Positions 1 to 9,039 of a DNA stretch of 16,642 nt are shown one piece after another. Source of the stretch: a virus; the UHGV virus genome UHGV-1941890, one strand, 5' to 3'. Within the stretch, counting starts at the first letter, position 1. Each line of letters begins with the position of its first letter. The translations under genes and the position numbers were made by a program. The notes under the pieces were generated by a model. It saw only the letters and a list, made by a program, of their open reading frames with translations, was not told where the DNA came from and ran no database searches.

Positions 1-372
1 CAATCCGGCGCCATGATAATGGGCAGCCTGTGGAGTGATGCCAATCCGGCCCCCGGCAAAAGCCTGAAAGAAATCGTGGTCAGCGCGCCGGATGGCGCGG
101 TGTTCCGCTACGACGCAGACGCAGGCGCACTGAGCGCCAGCGGCATGAAAACAGCCACCCTGCAGGCATCCGTCAGCGTGACACTGGACACGCCTGTCGT
201 GGAATGCACAGACCTTCTGAGAACAGCGACGCTTGACGTCACAAAAGGGGGAACGATGAGCGGCAATATCACGCACAGCGGCGGCGACTTCACCTCAAAC
301 GGCATCACAGTGCATACGCATAAGCACGGTGGCGTTAAAGGTGGCAGCGATTCGACAGGAGGCCCGCAGTGA
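1..372 (+). CDS. V: Baseplate central spike protein gpV, 5'-truncated by the window edge
   Basis: Reading frame is open from base 1 to TGA at 370-372. The Gly/Ser/Thr-rich C-terminus (...HTHKHGGVKGGSDSTGGPQ) resembles the P2 gpV family as I remember it. Its stop overlaps the GTG start of the next gene (GTGA), and it sits in the V-W-J-I-H-G order. Confidence 0.75.
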   Translation, partial: QSGAMIMGSLWSDANPAPGKSLKEIVVSAPDGAVFRYDADAGALSASGMKTATLQASVSVTLDTPVVECTDLLRTATLDVTKGGTMSGNITHSGGDFTSNGITVHTHKHGGVKGGSDSTGGPQ

Positions 373-719
373 CAACCCGCTACACAGGAATGAATCCGGA
401 CGGGACGGGAAACCTGAACGATATGGAGCACCTGAAACAGTCAGTCAGGGACATCCTGACCACCCCGCTGGCAAGCCGGGTTATGCGACGGGAATATGGC
501 AGCCTTGTGCCTGATTTGATTGACGAACCCATGAATAACACCACGCGTCTGCAATGCATGAGTGCTGCCGTGATTGCGCTGACACGATGGGAACCCCGCA
601 TTGCCCTGGATGCCATCGACGTTGTCTGGAAAGCGGGAGGCCGCGCCGGGGTGACGCTGTCGGGCACTGTCATGCAGACCATGCAGAATGTTGAATTAAC
701 CATCACGCTGAGGGAGTAA
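369..719 (+). CDS. W: Baseplate wedge protein gpW (gp25-like)
   Basis: 116-aa ORF (MTTRYTGMNPDG...TITLRE), the size of P2 gpW (~115 aa). GTG start overlaps the V stop; an alternative ATG lies 7 codons in. Stop is 3 nt before the J start. Confidence 0.75.
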   Translation: MTTRYTGMNPDGTGNLNDMEHLKQSVRDILTTPLASRVMRREYGSLVPDLIDEPMNNTTRLQCMSAAVIALTRWEPRIALDAIDVVWKAGGRAGVTLSGTVMQTMQNVELTITLRE

Positions 720-722
720 ATC

Positions 723-1614
723 ATGCCCGCCGTTGACCTTTCACAGTTACCGGACCCCGCCATCATCGCGGAACCTGACTTTGAGGCAATTCTGGCTGAC
801 ACAAAGGCCATGATGATTGCGGCTTATCCCGCCGAACAGCGTGAAGCCGTCTCCGCCGCGCTGGAGCTGGAATCGGAACCCCTGAACGTTATCGCCCAGA
901 CAACAGCGTTTCGTGAAATGCTGTTACGCCAGCGGGTCAATGAGGGGGCACGCGCCTGCATGTTAAGCCACAGCGCCGGGACAGACCTGGACAACCTCGC
1001 GGGCAATATGAACACAAAGCGCCTGACCATCACTCCGGCAACGGATACCACCGACGCGGTGATGGAGAGTGACACCTCGCTGAGACTGCGGGCGCAGCGG
1101 GCGTACGACGGCCTGAGTGTTGCTGGCCCGTCAGGTGCATACGAGTATTTTGCCCGCAGCGCCAGCGGTCTGGTGCGTGATGCGCGGGCTATCAGTCCGT
1201 CTCCGGCCAACGTGACGGTTTCCATCCTGTCCACTGAAGGCGACGGCACAGCAACGGAGGCGTTGCTTAATACCGTTCGTGCCGTTCTGAATGCAGAGGA
1301 TACCCGCCCGGTGGCCGACCGCCTGACCGTACAGAGTGCCAGAATCGTGACATGGCGGCTGAATGCAAAACTGTACTTTTATCCCGNNNNNNNNNNCTAT
1401 TCGGGCTGCGGCTGAATCGTCGTTCAGGAAGTGGCTGGCTGAGCAGGGGCTTATCGGTCAGGACGTGGCGTTGTCCGCCATTGCTGCCGCACTGCATGTG
1501 CACGGTGTGCAACGCGTGGAGATAATCGAACCCACACAGAATATGGCCATCAGCGACATACAGGCGGCGCGCTGTGAGTCATTCACCATCAGCGAAGGTG
1601 GGCGTAATGAGTAA
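723..1614 (+). CDS. J: Baseplate assembly protein gpJ (gp6-like), interrupted by an assembly gap
   Basis: ORF 723..1415 and ORF 1363..1614 are the N- and C-terminal parts of one ~300-aa protein. They are in different frames only because of the 10-N run at 1387-1396. GGAG sits 8 nt upstream of the ATG at 723; the stop at 1612-1614 overlaps the I start. Confidence 0.75.
1387..1396. other. Run of 10 N: scaffold/assembly gap of unknown true length inside gpJ
   Basis: Literal nnnnnnnnnn in the sequence. The upstream J frame (codon start 1386) and downstream J frame (codon start 1396) differ by 10 nt, so the real gap length is not 10. Confidence 0.95.
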
Positions 1615-2134
1615 TTCACTGTTACCGCCATCAGCCAGCAATTTCATGCGTTGCGCCGAAGCTGTCGGAGCGCGCATTACAGACATTCCGGTAGACCTCA
1701 ACACGCTGTGGTCGCCGGACACCTGCCCGGTGCATCTGCTGCCTTATCTCGCCTGGGCATTTTCCGTTGACCGCTGGGATCGCAACTGGCCGGAAGAGAC
1801 AAAGCGACAGGTGATTCGTGATGCATGGCTGATACACCGACACAAGGGAACCATCAGCGCACTGCGCCGGGCCATTGAGCCGCTGGGATATCTCATTCGT
1901 GTGTCTGAGTGGTGGGAGTTCGACGGCGAACCCGGAACATTCAAGGTTGATGTTGGCGCGCTGGACAGTGGTGTGACCGAGGAAATGTATCTGGAAATGG
2001 AACGGCTGATTGCCGATGCCAAACCCGCAAGTCGCCACCTTATCGGCCTGAACATTATCCAGGACATTCCCGGCTATCTGTATACAGGCGGTGTGGTCTG
2101 TGATGGTGATGTTATTACTGTTTATCCCGGATAA
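1607..2134 (+). CDS. I: Baseplate/tail-fibre attachment protein gpI
   Basis: 176-aa product from the ATG at 1607 (MSNSLLPP...), inside the longer 1574 ORF and overlapping the J stop (ATGAGTAA). Size matches P2 gpI (~176 aa) and the position is between J and H. Confidence 0.75.
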   Translation: MSNSLLPPSASNFMRCAEAVGARITDIPVDLNTLWSPDTCPVHLLPYLAWAFSVDRWDRNWPEETKRQVIRDAWLIHRHKGTISALRRAIEPLGYLIRVSEWWEFDGEPGTFKVDVGALDSGVTEEMYLEMERLIADAKPASRHLIGLNIIQDIPGYLYTGGVVCDGDVITVYPG

Positions 2135-2144
2135 GTGAGAAACA

Positions 2145-4880
2145 ATGAGCACGAAATTTAAAACCGTTATCACTACTGCCGGAGCCGCGAAGCTGGCAGC
2201 CGCCACTGTCCCCGGCGGGAAAAAAGTAACTCTGTCTGCAATGGCCGTGGGTGACGGTAATGGCAAATTGCCGGTGCCGGATGCCGGTCAGACGAAACTG
2301 GTGCATGAGGTCTGGCGTCACGCTCTGAATAAAGTCAGCGTGGATAACAAGAATAAAAACTATATCGTGGCTGAACTGGTTGTACCGCCAGAAGTGGGCG
2401 GCTTCTGGATGCGTGAGCTGGGTCTGTATGACGATGCCGGAACACTGATTGCGGTCGCCAACATGGCAGAAAGCTATAAGCCTGAACTGGCTGAAGGCTC
2501 CGGACGTGCGCAGACCTGCCGCATGGTCATTATTGTCAGTAACGTGGCGTCCGTTGAGCTGAGTATTGATGCCAGCACAGTGATGGCGACGCAGGATTAC
2601 GTCGATAACAAAATCGCAGAACATGAGCAGTCCCGCCGCCATCCTGACGCCACGCTGACAGAAAAAGGTTTTACTCAGTTAAGCAGTGCAACAAACAGCA
2701 CCAGTGAAAGGCTGGCAGCAACGCCAAAGGCAGTAAAAGCAGCCTATGACAATGCTGAAAAACGTATGCAGAAAGACCAGAACGGTGGCGATATTCCAGA
2801 TAAGGACGCTTTTCTGGACAATGTTGGCGTTACCAGCCTGACGTTTATGAAAAACAATGGCGAAATGCCGGTTGATGCCGACCTGAATACATTTGGTCCC
2901 GTTAAGGCTTATCTTGGCGTCTGGTCTAAAGCTACATCCACTAACGCGACGGCTGCTAAAAATTTCCCTGAAGACGGTGCAGTCGGTGTACTGGAGGTAT
3001 TCAATGGCGGTAATTTTTCAGGAATGCAGCGTTATACCACCAGAACAGGCGATGTTTATATGCGCAACCTTTCTGGCACATGGAATGGTTCAGACGGTCC
3101 GTGGAGTTACTGGCGTCAGGTTCAGTCTGCAACACGCCCCCTGAGCACAACCATTGACCTGAACACGCTCGGAGGCGCAGAGCATCTTGGTTTATGGCGA
3201 AACAGTAGTGGCTCAATCGCTTCATTTGACCGCAACTATCCGGAAGAAGGAAGTTATGGTCAGGGACTCCTTGAAGTTCTTGAAGGTGGTGGTTACTCGC
3301 GAACGCAGCGTTACACGACCCGCCGTGGAAATGTTTATGTTCGCTGTCTTTCGGCCTCGTGGGATGCAGAGAACCCACAGTGGGAGCCGTGGTCAAGAGT
3401 GGGCTACCAGTCAGAAAGCCGTTATTACGACGGTGATTTGAATGATGTAACCTCACCAGGTATTTACAGCGTTACAGGTAAAGCGACCAATGGTCCAATA
3501 CTGGACGGAAACGGCGTGACAGTCCTCGGTATTCTGGAAGTGTTGAGGCGCTTTGATGGTGTTAACGTATGGCAGCGTTATACAACTGCCGGAACAGGTA
3601 CAACCCTTAAAGGTCGCACGTTTGAGCGCGTTTTTACCGGCAGCTCATGGAGCGAATGGCGGGAAGTTTACACATCTTATTCACTTTCCCTGAATCTGGG
3701 TATCGGTGGCGCAGTAGCAAAACTCACCAGCCTGGACTGGCAGACCTACGATTTTGTGCCGGGCAGTCTGATAACCGTTCGGCTGGATAATATGACCAAT
3801 ATTCCCGACGGTATGGACTGGGGCGTCATTGATGGCAACCTGATAAATATCGCTGTTGGTCCGAGTGATGATTCCGGTACGGGACGCTCAATGCATGTAT
3901 GGCGCAGCACTGTAAGTAAAGCCAACTACCGCTTTTTTATGGTGCGTATTTCAGGAAATCCGGGAAGCCGCACGATCACGACAAGACGTGTGCCAATCAT
4001 TGACGAAGCACAGACATGGGGCGCGAAACAGACATTCAGTGCTGGCCTTTCTGGTGAACTGTCCGGCAATGCGGCGACAGCAACAAAGCTGAAAACAGCC
4101 TGTAAAATTAATAACGTTTCGTTTGATGGGACATCAGATATTAACCTGACGCCGAAAAATATTGGTGCATTTGCTTCAGGAAAAACAGGAGACACCGTTG
4201 CGAATGATAAAGCCGTTGGATGGAACTGGAGTAGCGGAGCCTATAACGCAACTATTAGTGGGGCATCAACATTAATTCTTCATTTTAATATCGGTGAAGG
4301 AAGTTGCCCCGCCGCCCAGTTCCGCGTTAATTATAAGAACGGCGGTATTTTTTATCGTTCTGCTCGTGACGGTTACGGATTCGAGGCTGACTGGTCTGAG
4401 TTTTATACCACAACGCGAAAACCTACAGCGGGAGATGTCGGTGCACTGTCGTTATCTGGTGGTCAATTGAATGGTGCACTGGGTATCGGAACATCCAGTG
4501 CTCTTGGCGGTAATTCGATTGTTTTGGGTGATAATGACACGGGCTTTAAACAGAATGGTGATGGTAATCTGGATGTTTATGCTAATAACGTCCATGTTAT
4601 GCGCTTTGTTTCCGGCAGCATTCAGAGTAATAAAACCGTAAATATTACGGGGCGCGTTAACCCCTCGGATTACGGCAATTTTGATGGCCGATACGTGAGG
4701 GATGTCCGACTTGGCACACGTGTTGTTCAGACCATGCAAAAAGGCGTGATGTATGAGAAATCAGGCCATGTAATTACCGGGCTTGGCATTGTCGGCGAAG
4801 TTGATGGCGACGATCCGGCAGTATTCAGACCAATACAAAAGTTAATTAACGGAACGTGGTACAACGTGTCACAGGTGTAA
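2145..4880 (+). CDS. H: Tail fibre protein gpH (911 aa), mosaic: P2-like N-terminus, internal tandem fibre repeats, P2-like C-terminus
   Basis: N-terminus MSTKFKTVITTAGAAKLAAATVPGG...FWMRELGLYDDAGTLIAVANMAESYKP and C-terminus ...ALGGNSIVLGDNDTGFKQNGDGNLDVYAN...RPIQKLINGTWYNVSQV match my recollection of P2 gpH. It is the longest + strand ORF and lies directly upstream of the fibre assembly gene. Confidence 0.9.
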   Translation: MSTKFKTVITTAGAAKLAAATVPGGKKVTLSAMAVGDGNGKLPVPDAGQTKLVHEVWRHALNKVSVDNKNKNYIVAELVVPPEVGGFWMRELGLYDDAGTLIAVANMAESYKPELAEGSGRAQTCRMVIIVSNVASVELSIDASTVMATQDYVDNKIAEHEQSRRHPDATLTEKGFTQLSSATNSTSERLAATPKAVKAAYDNAEKRMQKDQNGGDIPDKDAFLDNVGVTSLTFMKNNGEMPVDADLNTFGPVKAYLGVWSKATSTNATAAKNFPEDGAVGVLEVFNGGNFSGMQRYTTRTGDVYMRNLSGTWNGSDGPWSYWRQVQSATRPLSTTIDLNTLGGAEHLGLWRNSSGSIASFDRNYPEEGSYGQGLLEVLEGGGYSRTQRYTTRRGNVYVRCLSASWDAENPQWEPWSRVGYQSESRYYDGDLNDVTSPGIYSVTGKATNGPILDGNGVTVLGILEVLRRFDGVNVWQRYTTAGTGTTLKGRTFERVFTGSSWSEWREVYTSYSLSLNLGIGGAVAKLTSLDWQTYDFVPGSLITVRLDNMTNIPDGMDWGVIDGNLINIAVGPSDDSGTGRSMHVWRSTVSKANYRFFMVRISGNPGSRTITTRRVPIIDEAQTWGAKQTFSAGLSGELSGNAATATKLKTACKINNVSFDGTSDINLTPKNIGAFASGKTGDTVANDKAVGWNWSSGAYNATISGASTLILHFNIGEGSCPAAQFRVNYKNGGIFYRSARDGYGFEADWSEFYTTTRKPTAGDVGALSLSGGQLNGALGIGTSSALGGNSIVLGDNDTGFKQNGDGNLDVYANNVHVMRFVSGSIQSNKTVNITGRVNPSDYGNFDGRYVRDVRLGTRVVQTMQKGVMYEKSGHVITGLGIVGEVDGDDPAVFRPIQKLINGTWYNVSQV
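2880..3668 (+). repeat. Three tandem ~92-aa coding repeats inside gpH (phage tail-fibre repeat type)
   Basis: Units begin at nt 2880, 3156 and 3435 (DLNTFGPV..., DLNTLGGA..., DLNDVTSP...). Each carries G(V/L/I)LEV...QRYTT(R)xG..Y.R......W..W(R)xV. Read directly from the translation. Confidence 0.6.
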
Positions 4881-4883
4881 TTT

Positions 4884-5441
4884 ATGCAGCATTTAAAAAA
4901 CATTGTCGCCGGCAATCCAAAAACCGTTGAGCAATATCAGCTAACAAAAAATTTTAATGTTGCCTGGCTGTGGTCAGAAGACGGAAAAAACTGGTATGAG
5001 GAAGTGAAGAACTTTCAGCCGGACACAATAAAAATTCTTTACGACGAGAACAATATTATTGTGGCCGTAACCAGAGACGCTTCAACACTGGACCCTACAG
5101 GCTACAGCGTTGTCGAAGTTCCCGATATCACCGCCAATCGTCGCGCCGACGATTCAGGAAAGTGGCTGGTTTAGGGCGGGGGCGTGGGGTAAAAGGTTTT
5201 TAAGGACGGAGCTGTGGTTAAACGGATTTATACGGCAGACGAGCAGCAACAGCAGGCCGAATTACAAAAGGCCGCATTGCTTTCCGAAGCTGAATCAGTC
5301 ATCCAGCAGCTGGAACGCGCTGTCAGGCTGAATATGGCGACGGATGAGGAGCGCACACGACTGGAAGCTTGGGAACGCTACAGCGTTCTGGTCAGCCGTG
5401 TGGATACAGCAAAGCCCGAATGGCCACAAAAGCCTGAGTAA
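4884..5441 (+). pseudogene. G: Tail-fibre assembly gene gpG, split by two in-frame stops (TAG 5172-5174, TAA 5190-5192) into a 96-aa N-terminal ORF and a 75-aa C-terminal ORF
   Basis: ORF 4884..5174 ([24 protein letters not shown]...DDSGKWLV*) and ORF 5214..5441 (GTG start; [22 protein letters not shown]...[13 protein letters not shown]) are in the same frame. Together they are the length of an intact ~175-aa Tfa/gpG. The C-terminal half carries the Tfa C-terminal signature (...W..YSVL.SRVDT..PEWP..P). Confidence 0.65.
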
Positions 5442-5654
5442 AAATTAAGCTCCGATATCGGGCCTTCTCTCATTCTGGTTGTTCGGGAAACGTTACTGGC
5501 AGGCCGGAGGTGTCTGTGGATTCGACTTTCTACGCGTAGAGCATCCATTCGGTTAATTTTTGTTTATTCTCGTCGGAAATGATGCCCAGCCGTAGCTGTG
5601 AGCCCCATAGGCGATATACAGACTGAAGAAACAACCAGGCAGACCCAGGAAAAA

Positions 5655-5690
5655 GAAAACCGCTAATCTGAACATTAGCGGTTTTTGCGT
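5655..5690. terminator. Bidirectional intrinsic terminator between the convergent G and U genes
   Basis: Hairpin ACCGCTAAT-ctgaac-ATTAGCGGT (5659-5682) followed by TTTTT on the + strand and preceded by an A-rich run (TTTCTTTTTC on the − strand). Confidence 0.6.
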
Positions 5691-5694
5691 TAAT

Positions 5695-6183
5695 TCAGAA
5701 CAGCCCTTTAACTGAACTGGTTGCGCTGTTAAGAGATGATGTCACCTTATCTTTGAAGCCAGACAGCATATCGCTGAACGATGAGGATTGCAGGCGCTCC
5801 CGCAAATCCTCATCACAGCGTTCAAGGGTCAGTGAAAATTCTATCTTTTTCGCCTTACCGTAGCGATCAAACTCGGAACGGGTCGTATTCGTTTCGGTCA
5901 GAACATACATGCCGTAAATCTGCCCGACGCCATCAATAAGAGGCCAGGGGCGTCCTGTATACGCCTGCGTGGTCAGCAGCGACAGCGACACTTCGCCACC
6001 TGTAATTTCAGGATAAAGCATGCCGGAAAGCACAATGCGATCATCACCTGCACCGATATACTGCCAGCTTGCTGAACGGTTAACGCGTTCATTTTTCACA
6101 TGCCGCCAGTTTTTGTTTTGCTGTAACTGCTGATGCGGCAGTGTGCGCAGCTCAAAAACAAACATGCCGTAGATCATCATCAT
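5695..6183 (-). CDS. U: Tail protein gpU
   Basis: − strand ORF MMMIYGMFVFELRTLP...YPEITGG...WPLIDG..G.IYGMYV...KIEFSL. GAGGAG is 8 nt upstream of the ATG at 6183 (the ATG at 6189 is only 2 nt from it), and the SD overlaps the T stop. Size matches P2 gpU (~160 aa). Confidence 0.75.
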   Translation of the reverse strand: MMMIYGMFVFELRTLPHQQLQQNKNWRHVKNERVNRSASWQYIGAGDDRIVLSGMLYPEITGGEVSLSLLTTQAYTGRPWPLIDGVGQIYGMYVLTETNTTRSEFDRYGKAKKIEFSLTLERCDEDLRERLQSSSFSDMLSGFKDKVTSSLNSATSSVKGLF

Positions 6184-6195
6184 GACCATGACTCC

Positions 6196-9039
6196 TCAAT
6201 CTTTATCGTAAAAACTGCCACGTCCGGCACGGGCGCGCCGTTCCATCTCTGCCCTGACCATTTCACCGACCAGTTTCGCCAGTTCGCGGGGATTCTGCGT
6301 AACAACGTTATGCAGATGGACATGAATTTCACCACCAAATCCGGAGGCAACAGGCTCCCGGTTACGGGAAGTTGCAGGAACTGATGCCACTGGCGATCGT
6401 ATGGCCTCCGCCACCGGGCGGGAGCTGGCCGCAACAACAGGGACCAGCGCCGGAGGCAGCGGAGCCGGGACCACGGGTGTGATATTAATTGCGGGGGCAG
6501 GCTTACTGACATGCGCAATCTTCCGCTCCTGCCATTCCCCACGAACAGCAAGTGCGCGGGGCAGGTTCTTAAAGACAATATCGCCGGGGCCAATGCGTTT
6601 TTTCGTCTCATCAACCAGCTTACCTGTGTTATCAGCAATTTTGCTGAGTCTGCGTAGCGTCCCGGTATTGCTGTCTGTGAGCGGTTTGTTGTCTTTGGGT
6701 TTATCACCTCCGGTGCCATTGCCATTTTCCACAGGCTTCGGCGGATTGATTTTCGCAAGGTCCCCCTGAAGCAAGGCAACCTTGTCCTGAAGAATAGCCG
6801 CACGCTGTGCGTCTTCGATTTTCTTGCGCGCCCTTTCCGCTTCATCCGGAAGGACGCCAAGTTTTTCAAGTATCCACGCCAGCGTATCCAGTAGCATTTT
6901 TGCAGGTGTCAGAACAAGCTGTAACGCACCGCCAAGAACGTTACCGAATATCTCGCCAGCACTGGTACATTTATCCAGCGTTTCCTTGCTGGACTCCATC
7001 GGTGACAGCAGCGATTTAAACCAGTTAAACACCTGGCTGATCCCGCTTCCGATTGCGTCAAAAACAGGACCAAACCGTTCAAAGGTTTCGCGCAACGGGG
7101 TCAGCCTTTCCATAATCCCGCTGAACACCCCGGCAAAAAATGCCCTGATGGGATCCCAGTATTTCCAGATAAGAACGGCAGCTCCGGCAAGCGCAGCCAC
7201 GATAAGACCAACCGGACTGAACAGCGCCCCGATAGCGCCTCCCAGTAAAGAAACGGAACCCGTCACCATTCCCCACAGCGCAGGCAACACCCTGACGACA
7301 TTCATTGACCGGGTAAGAATGTCAAAACCAAGACGCAGGGTGGCCAGCTTCCCGTAAAGCACCCCAATAACCAGCGACAACGAGCCAATCGTTGCAGTCA
7401 TTGCCAGCAACGCACCGCCTGCTATCAGTAGCTGGCGCGTCAGTACCGGATGGGCCTGCGCCAGCGAGGTGATTTTTTCAAGCACCCGCGTGAACCACTG
7501 CGTGACAGAACGCAGCGGACCGTCAACCAGATCACTGATGCGAATACGAAGACCTTCCCATGCGCTGTCGAGATTTTTCAGGTCCCCATCAAGATTATCG
7601 GCCATTACTTTTGCGACGCGATCGGCCTCTCCCCTTGCCCCCTGCAATTCTCTGGTCAGTTTTTGCAGCTCTCCTGAACCAGCCGCCGCAACAAGCGTCT
7701 GCAAACCAACGAACGCCTCTTCTCCGGCGATGTCCTTGAAGAAGGAAACCTGGTCCACCTGTCCGTATTTTTGTGTCGCCTTATAGAGATCAAGCAGCAC
7801 ATCCTCCATCGGGCGCATTTTGCCTCTGGCGTCAGCAACTGACACTCCCAGCTCTTTCAGCGCATCAGCCGCAGCTTTTGGCGGTGATGCAAGGCGGGAC
7901 AGACTTGCGCGCATGGCCGTACCAGCATCGCTTCCGCGAAGACCATTATTGGCAAGCATCCCGGCCATGGCCGCCGCTTCTTCAAGACTGATACCAAGTT
8001 TTGCGGCAACCGGACCGGTATACTTCATGGTTTCGCCCAGCGCGCGTAAATCAGTATTGGTCCGGGTGAATGCTGCTGTCAGCGTATCGCCAACCCGGTC
8101 CATTTGATCGGCTGTCAGGTTGAACTGTGTGAGGATATTGGAGCCTATATCAGCCGTCTCGCCGAGTTCGACGCCACCTGCCAGCGCCATATTAAGAACA
8201 CCGGGCAATGCGGCCTGAATGGCCTGCGGAGTAAAACCAGCCATTGCCAGAAAGCTCTGCCCACTGGCGGCATCACTCGCAGTAAACTGTGTTTCAGAGC
8301 CAAGTTTTAACGCCTGCTCACGCAGCGCCTTAAACTGCGGGCTGTTTTTGTCGATTCGCGTCAGTGCCTGAACGCGGGACATCTCTTTGCCGAACCCGAT
8401 CGCAGGCTGCAAAAAACGCCCGGCAGCATAGCCGCCCGCCGCTGCCGCACCAATTGCCAGCGCACCACCTGTTTTCAGTTTTCCCGCAGTTTCCTGCGCG
8501 CGCGAATACCGCTCACGCGCCCTCGTTACACGCGCAAGCGCCTGCCGTTCGCGTTCAAGCTGGTTGTTGTATTGTTCGGTGCGTCTGATGGCCTGCTGAA
8601 TGGTGTTATCGCTGCCTGTCAGTGAAATGCCGTGGCGTTTCAGCTCTCCGCCAAGCTCCCGCATTTTCTGAATTTCCCGTGTGCGCGATTCATTCAGGCG
8701 TTCAAGCCGGGTGCTTAACTGCTGCATCAGCTTTTGTTGTTTTTCGCTGAGCACTGTACCCGTGCGTTGTAACTGATTAAGGGCGTTAAGCTGGCGTCGT
8801 GCTTTCACGATGCCCGCATCCGCTTTACTGACAGCGTCACGGGCGCGCTCAAATGATCGCGCCTGACGCTCGAGATTTTTGATCGCCCCCTGCGTTCGCT
8901 GGATGGAGTCACCAAACTGCCCCATCAGGCGGCGGGCATTTTCGGCAGGCCGGGTCAGCCTGTCAACGGCGCTGAAAGCGACCCGGATATCAAGAGTCTT
9001 CATTGTCTGCATTCCCGCTGCGAAGTGCCGCCCGCTCAC
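6196..9039 (-). CDS. T: Tail tape measure protein gpT
   Basis: Up to 947 aa, Ala/Gly/Leu-rich with predicted hydrophobic central helices, upstream of U and overlapped at its 5' end by the E' frame. Start is uncertain (GTG 9039, ATG 9012 or ATG 9003). Confidence 0.85.
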   Translation of the reverse strand: MSGRHFAAGMQTMKTLDIRVAFSAVDRLTRPAENARRLMGQFGDSIQRTQGAIKNLERQARSFERARDAVSKADAGIVKARRQLNALNQLQRTGTVLSEKQQKLMQQLSTRLERLNESRTREIQKMRELGGELKRHGISLTGSDNTIQQAIRRTEQYNNQLERERQALARVTRARERYSRAQETAGKLKTGGALAIGAAAAGGYAAGRFLQPAIGFGKEMSRVQALTRIDKNSPQFKALREQALKLGSETQFTASDAASGQSFLAMAGFTPQAIQAALPGVLNMALAGGVELGETADIGSNILTQFNLTADQMDRVGDTLTAAFTRTNTDLRALGETMKYTGPVAAKLGISLEEAAAMAGMLANNGLRGSDAGTAMRASLSRLASPPKAAADALKELGVSVADARGKMRPMEDVLLDLYKATQKYGQVDQVSFFKDIAGEEAFVGLQTLVAAAGSGELQKLTRELQGARGEADRVAKVMADNLDGDLKNLDSAWEGLRIRISDLVDGPLRSVTQWFTRVLEKITSLAQAHPVLTRQLLIAGGALLAMTATIGSLSLVIGVLYGKLATLRLGFDILTRSMNVVRVLPALWGMVTGSVSLLGGAIGALFSPVGLIVAALAGAAVLIWKYWDPIRAFFAGVFSGIMERLTPLRETFERFGPVFDAIGSGISQVFNWFKSLLSPMESSKETLDKCTSAGEIFGNVLGGALQLVLTPAKMLLDTLAWILEKLGVLPDEAERARKKIEDAQRAAILQDKVALLQGDLAKINPPKPVENGNGTGGDKPKDNKPLTDSNTGTLRRLSKIADNTGKLVDETKKRIGPGDIVFKNLPRALAVRGEWQERKIAHVSKPAPAINITPVVPAPLPPALVPVVAASSRPVAEAIRSPVASVPATSRNREPVASGFGGEIHVHLHNVVTQNPRELAKLVGEMVRAEMERRARAGRGSFYDKD

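Noticed and set aside
1631-2642. Antisense ORFs 1631..2266 (−, 211 aa), 1744..2067 (−) and 2115..2642 (−) overlapping gpI and the start of gpH
   Set aside because: They lie entirely inside well-supported + strand genes and have no RBS or recognisable protein features. Typical shadow ORFs of GC-rich coding DNA.
4884-5441. Invertible tail-fibre (Gin/Cin-type) segment, suggested by the split Tfa-like ORFs downstream of H
   Set aside because: The two Tfa pieces are co-directional and in the same frame. I see no invertase gene and no inverted crossover repeats flanking H or G. A simple interruption explains the sequence.
6180-8588. Multiple ORFs in both orientations inside the tape measure gene (e.g. 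6180..6869 −, 6401..6769 +, 6824..7357 +, 7469..7786 +, 7820..8107 +, 8364..8588 +)
   Set aside because: All are nested in alternative frames of the 947-aa tape measure ORF, with low-complexity Ala/Pro/Arg/Ser-rich translations. Frame shadows, not genes.
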